Of a stretch of DNA of 64,000 nt, positions 37,260 to 47,237 are shown one piece after another. Position numbers and translations under genes: made by a program. The notes beneath the pieces are model-generated. The model had not been told where the DNA came from and did not search any database. It saw nothing but the letters and a program-made list of their open reading frames with translations. The stretch is from Myxococcota bacterium (lineage in GTDB: Bacteria; Myxococcota_A; Polyangia; Polyangiales; Sandaracinaceae): assembly GCA_036149055.1 (NCBI GenBank), contig JAYZQJ010000007.1:64001-128000 (forward strand), in the 5' to 3' direction. Position 1 is the first letter of the stretch; each line of letters begins with the position of its first letter.

Positions 37260-38151
37260 CCGGGGGCGCCTCGCGAGCGAGGAAGACCATGTCGCGCCCG
37301 ACCGGCACCTCGTCGTTCGGCATCAGCACGTAGCAGGGCTCCCGGACCCGTAGCTCGGCGATGCGATCCCGCGCGATGACCTCGCCCGCCTCGATGCGCT
37401 CGAGCCCGTGCAGCGGCCGGGTGAAGCGGAAGCCCTCGCTCGGGCGGCTGATGATCTCGACCACCTCGAGGAAGGTCGGCTCGCCGCTCGGGGGCGCGCC
37501 GTCGAGCACCGCGCTGGCGCGGAGGAAGGCGAGCGCGCAGTCCCAGGCCGCGTCCACCGTGCCCGGGTCGTCGTGGGGCCCGCACTCGACGCTGACCGCC
37601 GGGCGGTCGACGCGCTGCATGATGCCGATCGTCACCTTGTCCATCAGCAGGCCGGGCGCCGCCCAGCCGTGGGTGACGAAGCCGAAGCCGAGCTGCCGGG
37701 AGAGCTCCGCCGCCCGCGGCACGTCGTTGATGATCGCGAACGGGGGCGTCGGCGAGGTCGCCGAGTGCAGATCCAGCAGGGCGTCGAGGTCCGCGAGGAG
37801 CGGCTCGAGCACGTGGGCGCGCGCGTGCTCGGGAGACCATCGCTCGCGGGGCAGCTCGTCCACGAACGAGAGATCGAAGAGGCGGTTGAGGTCGGCGCCG
37901 CCGCGCGTGAAGCGGCGCCCCTCCTCGATCGCGGCGGGGTTGCCCTCGATCAGCACCCAGGTGCCCGCGGTCGGCGCGATGCGTCCGTCGGCGACGTCGC
38001 GCTCCAGGCGCCGTATCACCTCGACTCCACAGCGCTCGTTGCCGTGCACGCCGCCCAGGATCCCGATGTGCGGGCGGGGCAGGGACGGATCGAGGGAGAT
38101 TCGGGTGACACCCTCGAGGGTCGGATGGCGAACCAGGGTCGCTCGAGTCAT
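37252..38151 (-). CDS. Succinylglutamate desuccinylase/aspartoacylase (M14) family
   Basis: GGVHGNE, DLNRLF, LDLHS, VECG. Confidence 0.9.
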   Translation of the reverse strand: MTRATLVRHPTLEGVTRISLDPSLPRPHIGILGGVHGNERCGVEVIRRLERDVADGRIAPTAGTWVLIEGNPAAIEEGRRFTRGGADLNRLFDLSFVDELPRERWSPEHARAHVLEPLLADLDALLDLHSATSPTPPFAIINDVPRAAELSRQLGFGFVTHGWAAPGLLMDKVTIGIMQRVDRPAVSVECGPHDDPGTVDAAWDCALAFLRASAVLDGAPPSGEPTFLEVVEIISRPSEGFRFTRPLHGLERIEAGEVIARDRIAELRVREPCYVLMPNDEVPVGRDMVFLAREAPPVS

Positions 38152-38320
38152 ACAGCTCGCGCGGATGCTAGCTCGGAGGCGTCCCCAAATCGACCGCTCG
38201 CGTCATCGACAGGGCCCGTCTCGCGTGAGATCCTCGCCGGTCCGGGGTAGGATTCCACTCCCCCGAGGCGGTTTCATGGGGCGACCCCACGAGCAGCGCG
38301 GCACCTCGCCCGAGGTGTCC

Positions 38321-41300
38321 ATGAGCGACTTCCCGAGCACGGACCGGTTCGAGATCCGCCGTCGCCTCGGCTCGGGCAGCTACGGCGTGGTGTTCGAGGC
38401 CTTCGATCGCGAGCGGCGGAGCCCGATCGCGCTCAAGTGGCTCAGCTACGTCGAGCCCGAGACCATTCATCGGTTCAAGAACGAGTTCCGGAGCCTCGCG
38501 GAGATCAGCCACGACAACCTCGTGCAGCTCTTCGACCTCGAGAGCGACGGGGACCGCTGGTTCTTCACGATGGAGCTCGTCCGCGGGGTGCCGCTGCCGG
38601 AGTTCTTCCGGCCGGACGCGATGCCCCCCGGGGCCGAGACCATGCGCCGGCTCGCGGCGAGCGACGTGATCCCCCGGGTCCGGCGCGGAGAGGGCAGCGT
38701 GCCTCCGCCCGGCACGACCCTGCCGCCGCTCGACGTCGACCCGGAGGAGCTGCGCGCGGTGTTCCGCGAGCTCGCCCTCGGGGTCGCCGCGCTGCACGAG
38801 GCGGGCAAGCTGCACCGCGATCTGAAGTGTCAGAACTGCCTCGTGACGCCGGACGGCCGGGTCGTGCTCCTCGACTTCGGGCTGGTGCGAGACCTCGAGC
38901 AGGTGCGGCGGGCCGAGCCGAACGACATCGCGGGCACCCCCCTCTACATGGCTCCGGAGCAGTGCGCGGGCGCCCCGACCGAGCGCTCGGCCGACTGGTA
39001 CGCGTTCGGCGTCATGCTCTTCCGCGCGCTGACCGACTCGTTCCCGTTCGACGGGCGCATGTACGAGGTGATGGCGGCCAAGCAGCAGTTCCCGGCGCCT
39101 CGCCCGTCCGACCGCGTGCTCGAGATCCCCGAGGATCTCGAGTCGCTCTGCGTCGATCTGCTCGCCCGTGACCCGAGCGACCGTCCGGGGGCGGAGGCCA
39201 TCCTCCGGCGCCTCGGGGCCGGGCCGGATCGAGCGCGCGCCTCTTACCCGGGGCGCTCCGCGGAGGTCTTCGTCGGCCGGCGCCGCGAGCTCCGCGCGCT
39301 CGAGTCGGCGCGCCGGGCGGTCGAGGCCGGCCAGCCGCGCGCGGTCTTCGTGCACGGGGCGAGCGGCATCGGCAAGAGCTCGCTGATCCGGCACTTCCTC
39401 GACCGCCTCCAGACCAGCGATCCCGACGCGCTCGTGCTCGAGGGGCGCTGCTTCGAGCGGGAGACGCTCCCCTACAAGGCGCTCGACAGCGTGGTCGACG
39501 CGCTGGTGAGCCACCTGCTGACGCTCCCGCAGGAGGAGGCCGAGGAGGTCGTCCCGCCGGAGATCGGCGATCTCGTGCGGGTGTTCCCCGCGCTGACCCG
39601 CGTGCCGCACCTCCGCGACGGCAACGCGGTCCTCTCCGACGTCCCGGACCCGCAGGAGCAGCGACGCCGCGCGGTGGCCGCGTTCCGCGAGCTGCTCGCC
39701 CGGCTGGCTGCGCGCCGCGAGGTGATCGTCTTCATCGACGATCTGCAGTGGGGCGACCGGGACAGCGCGCACCTGCTCGGGCCGACCATGGCCACGCTCG
39801 ACGCCCCTCCGATCTTGTGGATCGGCGCCTGCCGCAGCGACGAGGCGGCCGACAGCCCCTTCCTCTCGGCGATCGAGGCGGACGACGACGTGATGAGCGT
39901 CATCCAGGTCCCCGAGCTCGAGGACGAGGAGGCGCGCACCCTGCTCGAGCTCCGGCTGAGCGGGACCGCGCGGGACGAGGAGCTCCTCGACGAGCTCGCG
40001 GACGAGGCCGCCGGCAGCCCCCTGCTCATCGATCTGTTGATCCGGCACGCCCGGGAGCAGTCGCGGGGCGGCGTCGACCTCGGGCGGGTGCTCGAGGCGC
40101 AGATGGCCGACCTCGACGAGCACGCGCGCGCCCTGCTACGGGTGCTCGCGGTGCGCGGGCGACCGATGCTCTCCCGGCTCGCGGCCGAGGTGGTGGGCGT
40201 GGACGCGTTCGACGTCAAGGCGTTGACCGGCCTGCGGAACGCCCGGCTCCTGCGCGCCCGCGGCACCGAGGACGGCGAGGAGCTCGAGATCTATCACGAC
40301 CGGATCCGGCAGACGGTGGCGCGGAGCATGGACGCCGAGGTCGAGCGTCAGGTGCACGCCCAGCTCGCGCGAGCGCTGCGCGGCGCCCCCGACGTGGAGC
40401 CGGAGAGCCTGGCGCTGCACTACCGCGGCGCGGGGGAGCTCGGCGAGGCCTTCCACTACACGCTCGAGGGCGCGCGCCGCGCGGAGAGCGCCCTGGCCTT
40501 CGAGCGAGCGGCGGATCTCTACCGGTCCGCGCTGGCGCTCCGGCCGCAGGTCGAGGACGCGCGCGAGCGGGAGGCGGAGCTCTGGGTCGCGCTGGCCGAC
40601 GCGCTGCGCAACGCCGGTCGAGGCGCGGAGGCGGCGGAGGCCTATGTCGCCGCGGCCGCGCTCTCGCCTCGCCGCCGCGCCCTGGAGCTGCGCCGCCGGG
40701 CGGCCGAGCAGTACCTCTTCAGCGGTCACCTCGACGAGGGCCGCGCGGTGCTGCGCACGGTGCTCGAGGCGGTGGGGCTCACCTTCCCGACCCACCCGGC
40801 GCGCGCGTTCGCCGAGTTCCTCACCCGCCGCGCCCAGGTGAGGCTCCGGGGGCTGTCGTTCCGCGAGGCGAGCCCCGAGCGCATCCCCGAGGAGGAGCTC
40901 CTGCGGATCGACACCTGCTGGAGCGTGTCCATCGGGCTCGCGATGATCGACCCGGTCCGCGGCGGCGTCTTCCAGGCGAGACACCTCCTCATGGCGCTCG
41001 ACGCCGGGGACCTGGGGCGGGTCGCGCGGGCGGTGGCCGTCGAGGTCCCCTTCGCCGCGACCGCGGGCACCTCCGCCCACGCCCGGACGCTCGAGCTCCA
41101 GCGCCGTGGCCGCGAGCTCGCGGAGCGCGCGGGCTCTCCCTACAACCTCGGGCTGCTGGCCTCGTCGAGCGGCGGCGCGGCGTGGCTCGAGGGGCGCTGG
41201 CGAGACGCCTTCGGCCTCGAAGAGGAGGCGCTGCGCATCCTCCGCGAGCAGTGCACGGGCGTGGCCTGGGAGATCGCCAGCTCCACCATCGTCTACCTCG

Positions 41301-42046
41301 ACGTGCTCTGGCGCATGGGGCGCTGGAACGAGCTCTTCGAGCAGGTCCCGGCGATCCTGGCCGACGCGACGTCGCGCGGTGATCTGCTCCTCGAGATCTA
41401 CCTGCGGGTGAAGTTCCGGGCGCTCGGGGAGCTCGCGCGGGGTCGCCCGGACGATGCGGTGCGCGAGGCTCGCGAGGGCCTGGCGCGCTGGTCGCAGCCG
41501 AGCTTCCAGCTGCTCCATCTGTGGGAGCTCTTCCTGCGGGTGGAGGCCCAGATGTACGCCGGCCGACCGGGCGCGGCGCGCGAGCGGCTCGAGGCGGCCT
41601 GGGGCGCGCTCTGGCGCTCGCAGCTCCTTCAGCTCCAGATGTACGACGTGACCATGCAGGACCTCGCGGCGCGCGTGAACGTGGCGTGCGCGACGGAGAC
41701 GTCGGGCCGGGCGCGCGCGAGGCTGCTCAAGGGGGCGCGCAAGCACCTGAAGAAGCTCGACAAGTCGGCCGCCCCGTGGGCCCGGGGGCTCGTCGCCCTC
41801 ACGCGCGCCGGCGCGGCCACCCTCGACGGGACCGAGCGCGAGGTCCGCGCCTGGCTCGACCGGGCGGAGGCTGAGCTGACCGGGGCCGACATGGAGCTGC
41901 ACGCCGAGGTCGCGCGGGCTCGGAGGGCACAGTGGGACGGCCACGCGGCCCGCCTCGCCGCGAGCCGGGAGGCGATCGAGCGCGCCGGCGTCGCGGAGCC
42001 CGCGCGCTTCCTCGACACCTGGGCCCCCGGTCGATGGGACCGCTGA
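38321..42046 (+). CDS. Ser/Thr kinase - STAND/AAA ATPase - TPR protein
   Basis: LGSGSYGVV, HRDLKCQN, DFG, YMAPE; GASGIGKS; FIDDLQWGD; helical repeats. Confidence 0.93.
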   Translation: MSDFPSTDRFEIRRRLGSGSYGVVFEAFDRERRSPIALKWLSYVEPETIHRFKNEFRSLAEISHDNLVQLFDLESDGDRWFFTMELVRGVPLPEFFRPDAMPPGAETMRRLAASDVIPRVRRGEGSVPPPGTTLPPLDVDPEELRAVFRELALGVAALHEAGKLHRDLKCQNCLVTPDGRVVLLDFGLVRDLEQVRRAEPNDIAGTPLYMAPEQCAGAPTERSADWYAFGVMLFRALTDSFPFDGRMYEVMAAKQQFPAPRPSDRVLEIPEDLESLCVDLLARDPSDRPGAEAILRRLGAGPDRARASYPGRSAEVFVGRRRELRALESARRAVEAGQPRAVFVHGASGIGKSSLIRHFLDRLQTSDPDALVLEGRCFERETLPYKALDSVVDALVSHLLTLPQEEAEEVVPPEIGDLVRVFPALTRVPHLRDGNAVLSDVPDPQEQRRRAVAAFRELLARLAARREVIVFIDDLQWGDRDSAHLLGPTMATLDAPPILWIGACRSDEAADSPFLSAIEADDDVMSVIQVPELEDEEARTLLELRLSGTARDEELLDELADEAAGSPLLIDLLIRHAREQSRGGVDLGRVLEAQMADLDEHARALLRVLAVRGRPMLSRLAAEVVGVDAFDVKALTGLRNARLLRARGTEDGEELEIYHDRIRQTVARSMDAEVERQVHAQLARALRGAPDVEPESLALHYRGAGELGEAFHYTLEGARRAESALAFERAADLYRSALALRPQVEDAREREAELWVALADALRNAGRGAEAAEAYVAAAALSPRRRALELRRRAAEQYLFSGHLDEGRAVLRTVLEAVGLTFPTHPARAFAEFLTRRAQVRLRGLSFREASPERIPEEELLRIDTCWSVSIGLAMIDPVRGGVFQARHLLMALDAGDLGRVARAVAVEVPFAATAGTSAHARTLELQRRGRELAERAGSPYNLGLLASSSGGAAWLEGRWRDAFGLEEEALRILREQCTGVAWEIASSTIVYLDVLWRMGRWNELFEQVPAILADATSRGDLLLEIYLRVKFRALGELARGRPDDAVREAREGLARWSQPSFQLLHLWELFLRVEAQMYAGRPGAARERLEAAWGALWRSQLLQLQMYDVTMQDLAARVNVACATETSGRARARLLKGARKHLKKLDKSAAPWARGLVALTRAGAATLDGTEREVRAWLDRAEAELTGADMELHAEVARARRAQWDGHAARLAASREAIERAGVAEPARFLDTWAPGRWDR

Positions 42047-43263
42047 TCCGGCGCGTCGCGCTCGCCGCCGCGCTGCTCGGGTGCGCCGAGGATCCCGCGC
42101 CGACCCAGCCCCCGGAGGAGACCCTCCCCGAAGTGACCGAGCCAGGGCCCGGGTCGGATCCCGAGCCCGAGGCGCCGCCCGAAGAGCCGGCCGATCTGCC
42201 CGCCCCGGAGGCGGCCGCGCCCGCCGCCCTCGGCGCGGTCCCCGAGCTCACCGAGCCCGGCTGCGCCTTCGCGGCCCCCGCCGCGATCGGGCCCGGCGAG
42301 TGGGGCGACGTCGCGGCGTCGGAGGGCGGCTTCGTGGCCGCGGTCCTGCACGCCGACGAGGCCGGCGAGACGCTCACCACCTTCCGGCTCGACCCGGCGG
42401 GAGGCTCGGCGCCCTTGACCGAGCGCCGGCTCGACCACCCGGTGCCTCCCGCCCGACGCGGCGCCGGCCCGATCGTCGACGCCGCGCGCGTGGCGTGGGT
42501 CGACGCGGAGCGCGGCCTCCACGTGGCGCCGCTCCAGGGCGGCGACCCGGCGCCGGTCGGCCAGCCCGCCTCGCTCCGCTTCACGCCCGCGCTGGTCTCC
42601 GGCGGAGAGGCCCGCGCCATCGCCTGGACCGACGACTCCGGCACCCCGATGCGGGTCCGCGCGCGGCGGCTCGGCGCCGACGGCCGCCCGACCGGCGAGG
42701 CGGCGGACCTGACGCCCTCGGGCGGCGGCGGGGCGGCGCCGGTCGCGCACGGGGAGGGCCTCGTCTTCCTAGACCCTCGGGCGGCGATGAGCGTCGCCCA
42801 CCGCGCGTCGGTGGGGCCCCAGGGCTTCGGCGAGGCCGCGGTGGCGCGCCCGGTGGGCCTCGTGACCGCGCCGCCCCAGATCGCCGCGATCGGCGAGCCG
42901 CCGGGCCTGCTCGCGTTCACCGCGGTGGGCGCCGCCGCCACGACCGCGGTCGGGCTCGTGCCCCTCGAGGGGGCGACCCCGGCGCAGCCCATCGTCCGCG
43001 GCACCGGGTACGGCACGCTGCACGTGGACGGCGACGGACGGCTGCTCGTGGCCGACGCGCCGCTCGACCGGCCCCCGGAGTCGCCGCGCGAGCTCCACGT
43101 GCACGCGGTCGGCGCGGACGGCGCGCTGAGCGAGGCGACCGTGATCCGGGGCCCCGACGGGCACGCGCGTCGCGGCCGGATCGCGTCGTCGGGGGAGCTC
43201 GTCGCGGTGCTGTTCGAGGCGGCCGGCCGCGTCTACGTGTCCCTGGGACGCTGTCGGCCCTAG
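42034..43263 (+). CDS. Hypothetical lipoprotein (propeller-like)
   Basis: Lipobox LLGC, Pro/Glu linker. Confidence 0.7.
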   Translation: MGPLIRRVALAAALLGCAEDPAPTQPPEETLPEVTEPGPGSDPEPEAPPEEPADLPAPEAAAPAALGAVPELTEPGCAFAAPAAIGPGEWGDVAASEGGFVAAVLHADEAGETLTTFRLDPAGGSAPLTERRLDHPVPPARRGAGPIVDAARVAWVDAERGLHVAPLQGGDPAPVGQPASLRFTPALVSGGEARAIAWTDDSGTPMRVRARRLGADGRPTGEAADLTPSGGGGAAPVAHGEGLVFLDPRAAMSVAHRASVGPQGFGEAAVARPVGLVTAPPQIAAIGEPPGLLAFTAVGAAATTAVGLVPLEGATPAQPIVRGTGYGTLHVDGDGRLLVADAPLDRPPESPRELHVHAVGADGALSEATVIRGPDGHARRGRIASSGELVAVLFEAAGRVYVSLGRCRP

Positions 43264-43276
43264 GGAAGAGCAACGA

Positions 43277-44698
43277 ATGAAGAGAGTGAACGTCGACGTC
43301 GCCGTGATCGGCGCCGGGACGGCCGGCCTGAACGCGCGCCGCGAGGCCGCGCGCGCGGGCAAGTCCCACGTCTTGATCGAGCGGGGGGCCTACGGCACCA
43401 CCTGCGCCCGGGTGGGCTGCATGCCGTCCAAGCTGCTGATCGCCGCCGCCGAGGCCGCGCGCGGCGTGTCGCGCGCCGCCACCTTCGGGGTGCGCGCGGC
43501 CGGCGTGGAGATCGACGGGCGCGCGGTGATGGAGCGGGTGCGCGCGCTGCGCGACGACTTCGTCTCCGGGGTCGTCGAGTCCACCGAGGCGATCGACGAC
43601 GAGGCGCGCCTCCGCGGCGAGGCCCGCTTCGTCGACACCACCACCCTGCGGGTGGGCGACGACGTGGAGGTGCGCGCCGGCGCGGTGGTCATCGCCACCG
43701 GGAGCGCGCCCTGGATCCCCCCGGCCTTCGAGGGCGTAGGCGCCGACACCAGCGACACGATCTTCGAGTGGGAGACGCTGCCCGCGCGCCTCGCGGTGAT
43801 CGGCACCGGGGTGATCGGGCTGGAGCTCGGCCAGGCGCTCTCGCGCCTCGGGGTGGAGGTGGCCTTCTTCAACCCGAACGAGGAGGTCGGCGCGTTCACC
43901 GATCCCGAGCTGGCCCAGGCGCAGCGTCAGCTGCTCGAGGCGGAGCTGGAGCTGCACACCGGGGTCGAGGAGCTCGGCGCGCGGCGCGAAGGCGAGACGA
44001 TCACCGTCACCTGGTCGCGCGACGGCGAGCGACACTCCCGCGCCTTCGATCGCGTGCTGGTCGCCGCAGGTCGCCGCCCGAACCTCGAGGGCCTGGGCCT
44101 CGAGCGCACCGGCCTCCCGCTCGACGAGCGCGGCGTGCCGCCCTGGGATCCGCGCACGTGCCGCTGCGGGGACGCGCCCATCTTCATGGCCGGCGACGTG
44201 ACCGGGCATCGGCCGCTCCTGCACGAGGCCTCCGACGAGGGGCACATCGCGGGCGAGAACGCGTCGTTCCCCTGCGCCGTCGGCGCCCACGTGCGGCGCA
44301 CCCCGCTGCACATCGCCTTCACCGACCCCCAGAGCGCGATGGTGGGGACCTCGTTCGAGGCGCTGCCCGAGGACGCCGCGACCGCGAGCGCGTCCTTCGT
44401 CGACCAGGGCCGCGCCCGGGTGATCGCGCAGAACCACGGCCTGATCCGCGTCTACGCCGATCGATCGAGCTGCGAGCTGATCGGGGCCGAGATGCTCGGC
44501 CCGCAGGTGGAGCACCTGGCCCACCTCGTCGCCTTCATGGTGCAGCGGAAGCTGACGGTGCAGGAGACGCTGCAGCTGCCGATCTATCACCCGACGCTCG
44601 AGGAGGGCCTGCGGACGGCGCTGAGGCAGCTCGCCAAGGCGCTCGAGATCGACGGCAGCTGCCGCCACGAGGACCTCGCCGACTGCCCGGGTGGGTGA
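43277..44698 (+). CDS. Dihydrolipoamide dehydrogenase-like flavoprotein disulfide reductase
   Basis: IGAGTAG, TCARVGCMPSK, IGTGVIGLE, YHPTLEE. Confidence 0.92.
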   Translation: MKRVNVDVAVIGAGTAGLNARREAARAGKSHVLIERGAYGTTCARVGCMPSKLLIAAAEAARGVSRAATFGVRAAGVEIDGRAVMERVRALRDDFVSGVVESTEAIDDEARLRGEARFVDTTTLRVGDDVEVRAGAVVIATGSAPWIPPAFEGVGADTSDTIFEWETLPARLAVIGTGVIGLELGQALSRLGVEVAFFNPNEEVGAFTDPELAQAQRQLLEAELELHTGVEELGARREGETITVTWSRDGERHSRAFDRVLVAAGRRPNLEGLGLERTGLPLDERGVPPWDPRTCRCGDAPIFMAGDVTGHRPLLHEASDEGHIAGENASFPCAVGAHVRRTPLHIAFTDPQSAMVGTSFEALPEDAATASASFVDQGRARVIAQNHGLIRVYADRSSCELIGAEMLGPQVEHLAHLVAFMVQRKLTVQETLQLPIYHPTLEEGLRTALRQLAKALEIDGSCRHEDLADCPGG

Positions 44699-44701
44699 CG
44701 A

Positions 44702-45823
44702 TCACTCGGCGGCGATGGCCGGCGCGCTCACCTTGCTCCTGAGCGTGCCGCTCGTGCGCTCCGAGAAGACGATCGAGGGGAAGAGGCCGGGCGCGACCGC
44801 CGACGGCGTGACCTCGCTCGAGGGGAACATCTGCACGAACGCGGGCGCCCCGGGCACCCGGTCGACGACCGAGCGCTCCAGCACCATCGAGATGTACTGC
44901 TCGGCGCCCTCCTCGGGCGTGTTCGCGTTGAGCACCACCTCGACGTCGTAGGTCCGCGCGAAGCCCTGCAGGCCCGGGATGCGCGACTCGTAGGGGCTCC
45001 AGTTGTCGGCGCTGGTCCCGTTCTCGCTGCAGCCGAAGACGCCTCCGTCGGCGTGCGCGAAGAGCGTCTGGTTGCCGCTGGTGTGGCCCGGGGTGCGCAG
45101 CAGCAGGCAGCCGTCCCCGAGCGAGAGGTCCCCGTCGGTCAGCACCACCCGGTCGAGCGGCACGTCGCGCTTGCCGTCGGCGATGAACCACGCGCGCTGC
45201 ATCGGGTGGAGTCGATCCCAGTCCTCCCACTCGGCGCGGGGCGCGAGCAGCTTCGCGTTGGGGAAGCGCGCCTGCATCGGGCCGCGGAGCCCGTCGCCCT
45301 TCACCGTGCCGAGGCTCGGCCGGAGGTCCTGGGTGTGGAAGTGGTCGAAGGCGATGACGTCGATGTCCTCGGGCGCGACGCCGAGCTCGCGCAGCCCGTC
45401 CTCCACGGTGCCGAACGAGCGGCCGATGAGGTCCTCGGCCCAGCCGAAGCGCTCGAGCAGGTGCGCGAAGAACGGCGTGTTGCGAGAGGTCTCGCGATCG
45501 GTCGGGTTGAAGAGGATGTTCCGGAGCCGGCCCTCGGCCTCGACCTGTACCAGCAGGCAGCGGTGACGCAGGGTGACGTACGGGAAGGGCAGCGGGCAGG
45601 CGGTCTGGAAGGCGTACTTCGTCGGGTAGACGAGGTCGGTGACGTCGAGCGTCCGGACGGCCACCACCTTCGGCCCCTCGCGGAGATCGTCGCCGAGCCG
45701 CTCGCCCGCGCGTCGCACCGCGTCGAGCCTTCGCCCCGCGCTCCGGTGGGCGCGCGCCTCGTCGAGGTCGTGGATCTGTCGGACCCAGGGCAGGTCCGGG
45801 TGCACGGGATCGCCGGTCTTCAT
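44702..45823 (-). CDS. Metallo-beta-lactamase-fold protein (atypical motif)
   Basis: IDVIAFDHFHTQD, TPGHTSGN. Confidence 0.75.
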   Translation of the reverse strand: MKTGDPVHPDLPWVRQIHDLDEARAHRSAGRRLDAVRRAGERLGDDLREGPKVVAVRTLDVTDLVYPTKYAFQTACPLPFPYVTLRHRCLLVQVEAEGRLRNILFNPTDRETSRNTPFFAHLLERFGWAEDLIGRSFGTVEDGLRELGVAPEDIDVIAFDHFHTQDLRPSLGTVKGDGLRGPMQARFPNAKLLAPRAEWEDWDRLHPMQRAWFIADGKRDVPLDRVVLTDGDLSLGDGCLLLRTPGHTSGNQTLFAHADGGVFGCSENGTSADNWSPYESRIPGLQGFARTYDVEVVLNANTPEEGAEQYISMVLERSVVDRVPGAPAFVQMFPSSEVTPSAVAPGLFPSIVFSERTSGTLRSKVSAPAIAAE

Positions 45824-45826
45824 CGC

Positions 45827-46279
45827 TCACACGATGGAGCATCCGGCGCCGCGATCAACCTTCTTCGACAGCTCCGCCCAGCTGCGCCCGGGCTCGGCGT
45901 CGGTCGCGCTCGGCAGGCCCTCCTGCTCCCAGCCCGCCTCGAGCGCGCGCCCGAACGGATCGGTCGCGCCGCTCCACCCGCCGCGCTGATCCAGCACGTG
46001 CGTGTAGCCGCGGGCCTCGAGCTGCTGCGCCGCCCGGAACGAGCGGCCGCCGGCCTTGCAGCCGAGCACCAGCTTCGCGTCCTTGGGGAAGGACGCCTCC
46101 ACCGCGGCGATGAAGTCGGGGTTCGGCTCCATTCCGCCTGCGCCCATGTGCATCAACGGCACGTTGTAGGCCCCGGCGGGGTGACCCTGCTCGAACTCCG
46201 GCACGGAGCGGACGTCCAGATACGTCCACCCCTCGTCCAGCCGCGCCTTCGCGTCCTTGGGGGAGATGCGCTCGACCAT
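45827..46279 (-). CDS. Rhodanese-like protein
   Basis: LDVRSVPEFEQGHPAGAYNVP, CKAGGRS, GGWSG. Confidence 0.92.
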   Translation of the reverse strand: MVERISPKDAKARLDEGWTYLDVRSVPEFEQGHPAGAYNVPLMHMGAGGMEPNPDFIAAVEASFPKDAKLVLGCKAGGRSFRAAQQLEARGYTHVLDQRGGWSGATDPFGRALEAGWEQEGLPSATDAEPGRSWAELSKKVDRGAGCSIV

Positions 46280-46310
46280 GCCTGGCATGTGACCGCTGCC
46301 GGGGGGCCCG

Positions 46311-47237
46311 TCAACCCAGCGCGTCGCGCACGAACACGTCCTCCAGCGTCTCCCGATGGGGAGTCACCCCCAGCACCCGAGCGCCGGCCGCGAGCGCCGC
46401 CTCGAGCACCGGCTGCGCCCCCTCCGCGCCCTCGGCGAGCACGACCCAGCGGTCGTCGTCCTCGCGCACCGTCACCGCGAGCCTCTCGAGCTCGGTCACC
46501 AGCGCGGGCGTGACCTCGGCGAGCTCCACCTCCACCCGGCGCGTGTCGGCGCGGAGCAGCTCGGCGAGGCGCCCGTAGTGGATCATCTCGCCCCGGCGCA
46601 TGATGCCGACCCGATCGCAGAGCAGCTCCACGTCCGCGAGGATGTGGCTGGTGAAGAGGATCGTCTTGCCGGCCCGACGCTGCTCGAGGATCAGGTCGCG
46701 CACCTCCTTGCGCCCGATCGGGTCGAGGCCGCTCATCGGCTCGTCCAGGATCAGCAGCTCGGGATCGTGGAGGAGCGCCTGGGCGAGCCCGATGCGCTGC
46801 ATCATGCCCTTGCTGAACTTGCCGATCGGGCGATCGGTCGCGTGGCCGAGGCCCACCCGCTCGACCATCTCCTTGCCCCGCTTCTCCCGCGCCGCGGCGT
46901 CCAGGCCCGCGAGCCGCCCGCAGAGATCGAGGAACTCGAGCGGCCGGAGGTACTGATAGACGTACGGATTCTCGGGCAGGTAGCCGACCCGGCCCATCAC
47001 CGACGGCCCGGGGCTCTCCTGCCCGAAGAGCGTGATCGAGCCCGCGCTCGGGAAGATCAGCCGCAGCACGCACTTGATCGAGGTGGTCTTGCCCGCCCCG
47101 TTGGGGCCGAGGAGGCCGAAGATCTCTCCCGGGCGGACCTCGAAGTCGATGCCCCGGACCGCCTCGACGCGCTTGCGGAAGAACCCGATCCGGAAGGTCT
47201 TCTCCAGGCCCTTCACCACCAGCACGTCGTCGCTCAT
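46311..47237 (-). CDS. ABC transporter ATP-binding protein (PilH-like)
   Basis: [32 protein letters not shown]. Confidence 0.93.
   Translation of the reverse strand: MSDDVLVVKGLEKTFRIGFFRKRVEAVRGIDFEVRPGEIFGLLGPNGAGKTTSIKCVLRLIFPSAGSITLFGQESPGPSVMGRVGYLPENPYVYQYLRPLEFLDLCGRLAGLDAAAREKRGKEMVERVGLGHATDRPIGKFSKGMMQRIGLAQALLHDPELLILDEPMSGLDPIGRKEVRDLILEQRRAGKTILFTSHILADVELLCDRVGIMRRGEMIHYGRLAELLRADTRRVEVELAEVTPALVTELERLAVTVREDDDRWVVLAEGAEGAQPVLEAALAAGARVLGVTPHRETLEDVFVRDALG

Noticed and set aside
44660..44710. Selenocysteine readthrough at the reductase TGA
   Set aside because: The C-terminus is CPGG-stop rather than a GCUG-type motif, and the convergent gene ends 3 nt later.
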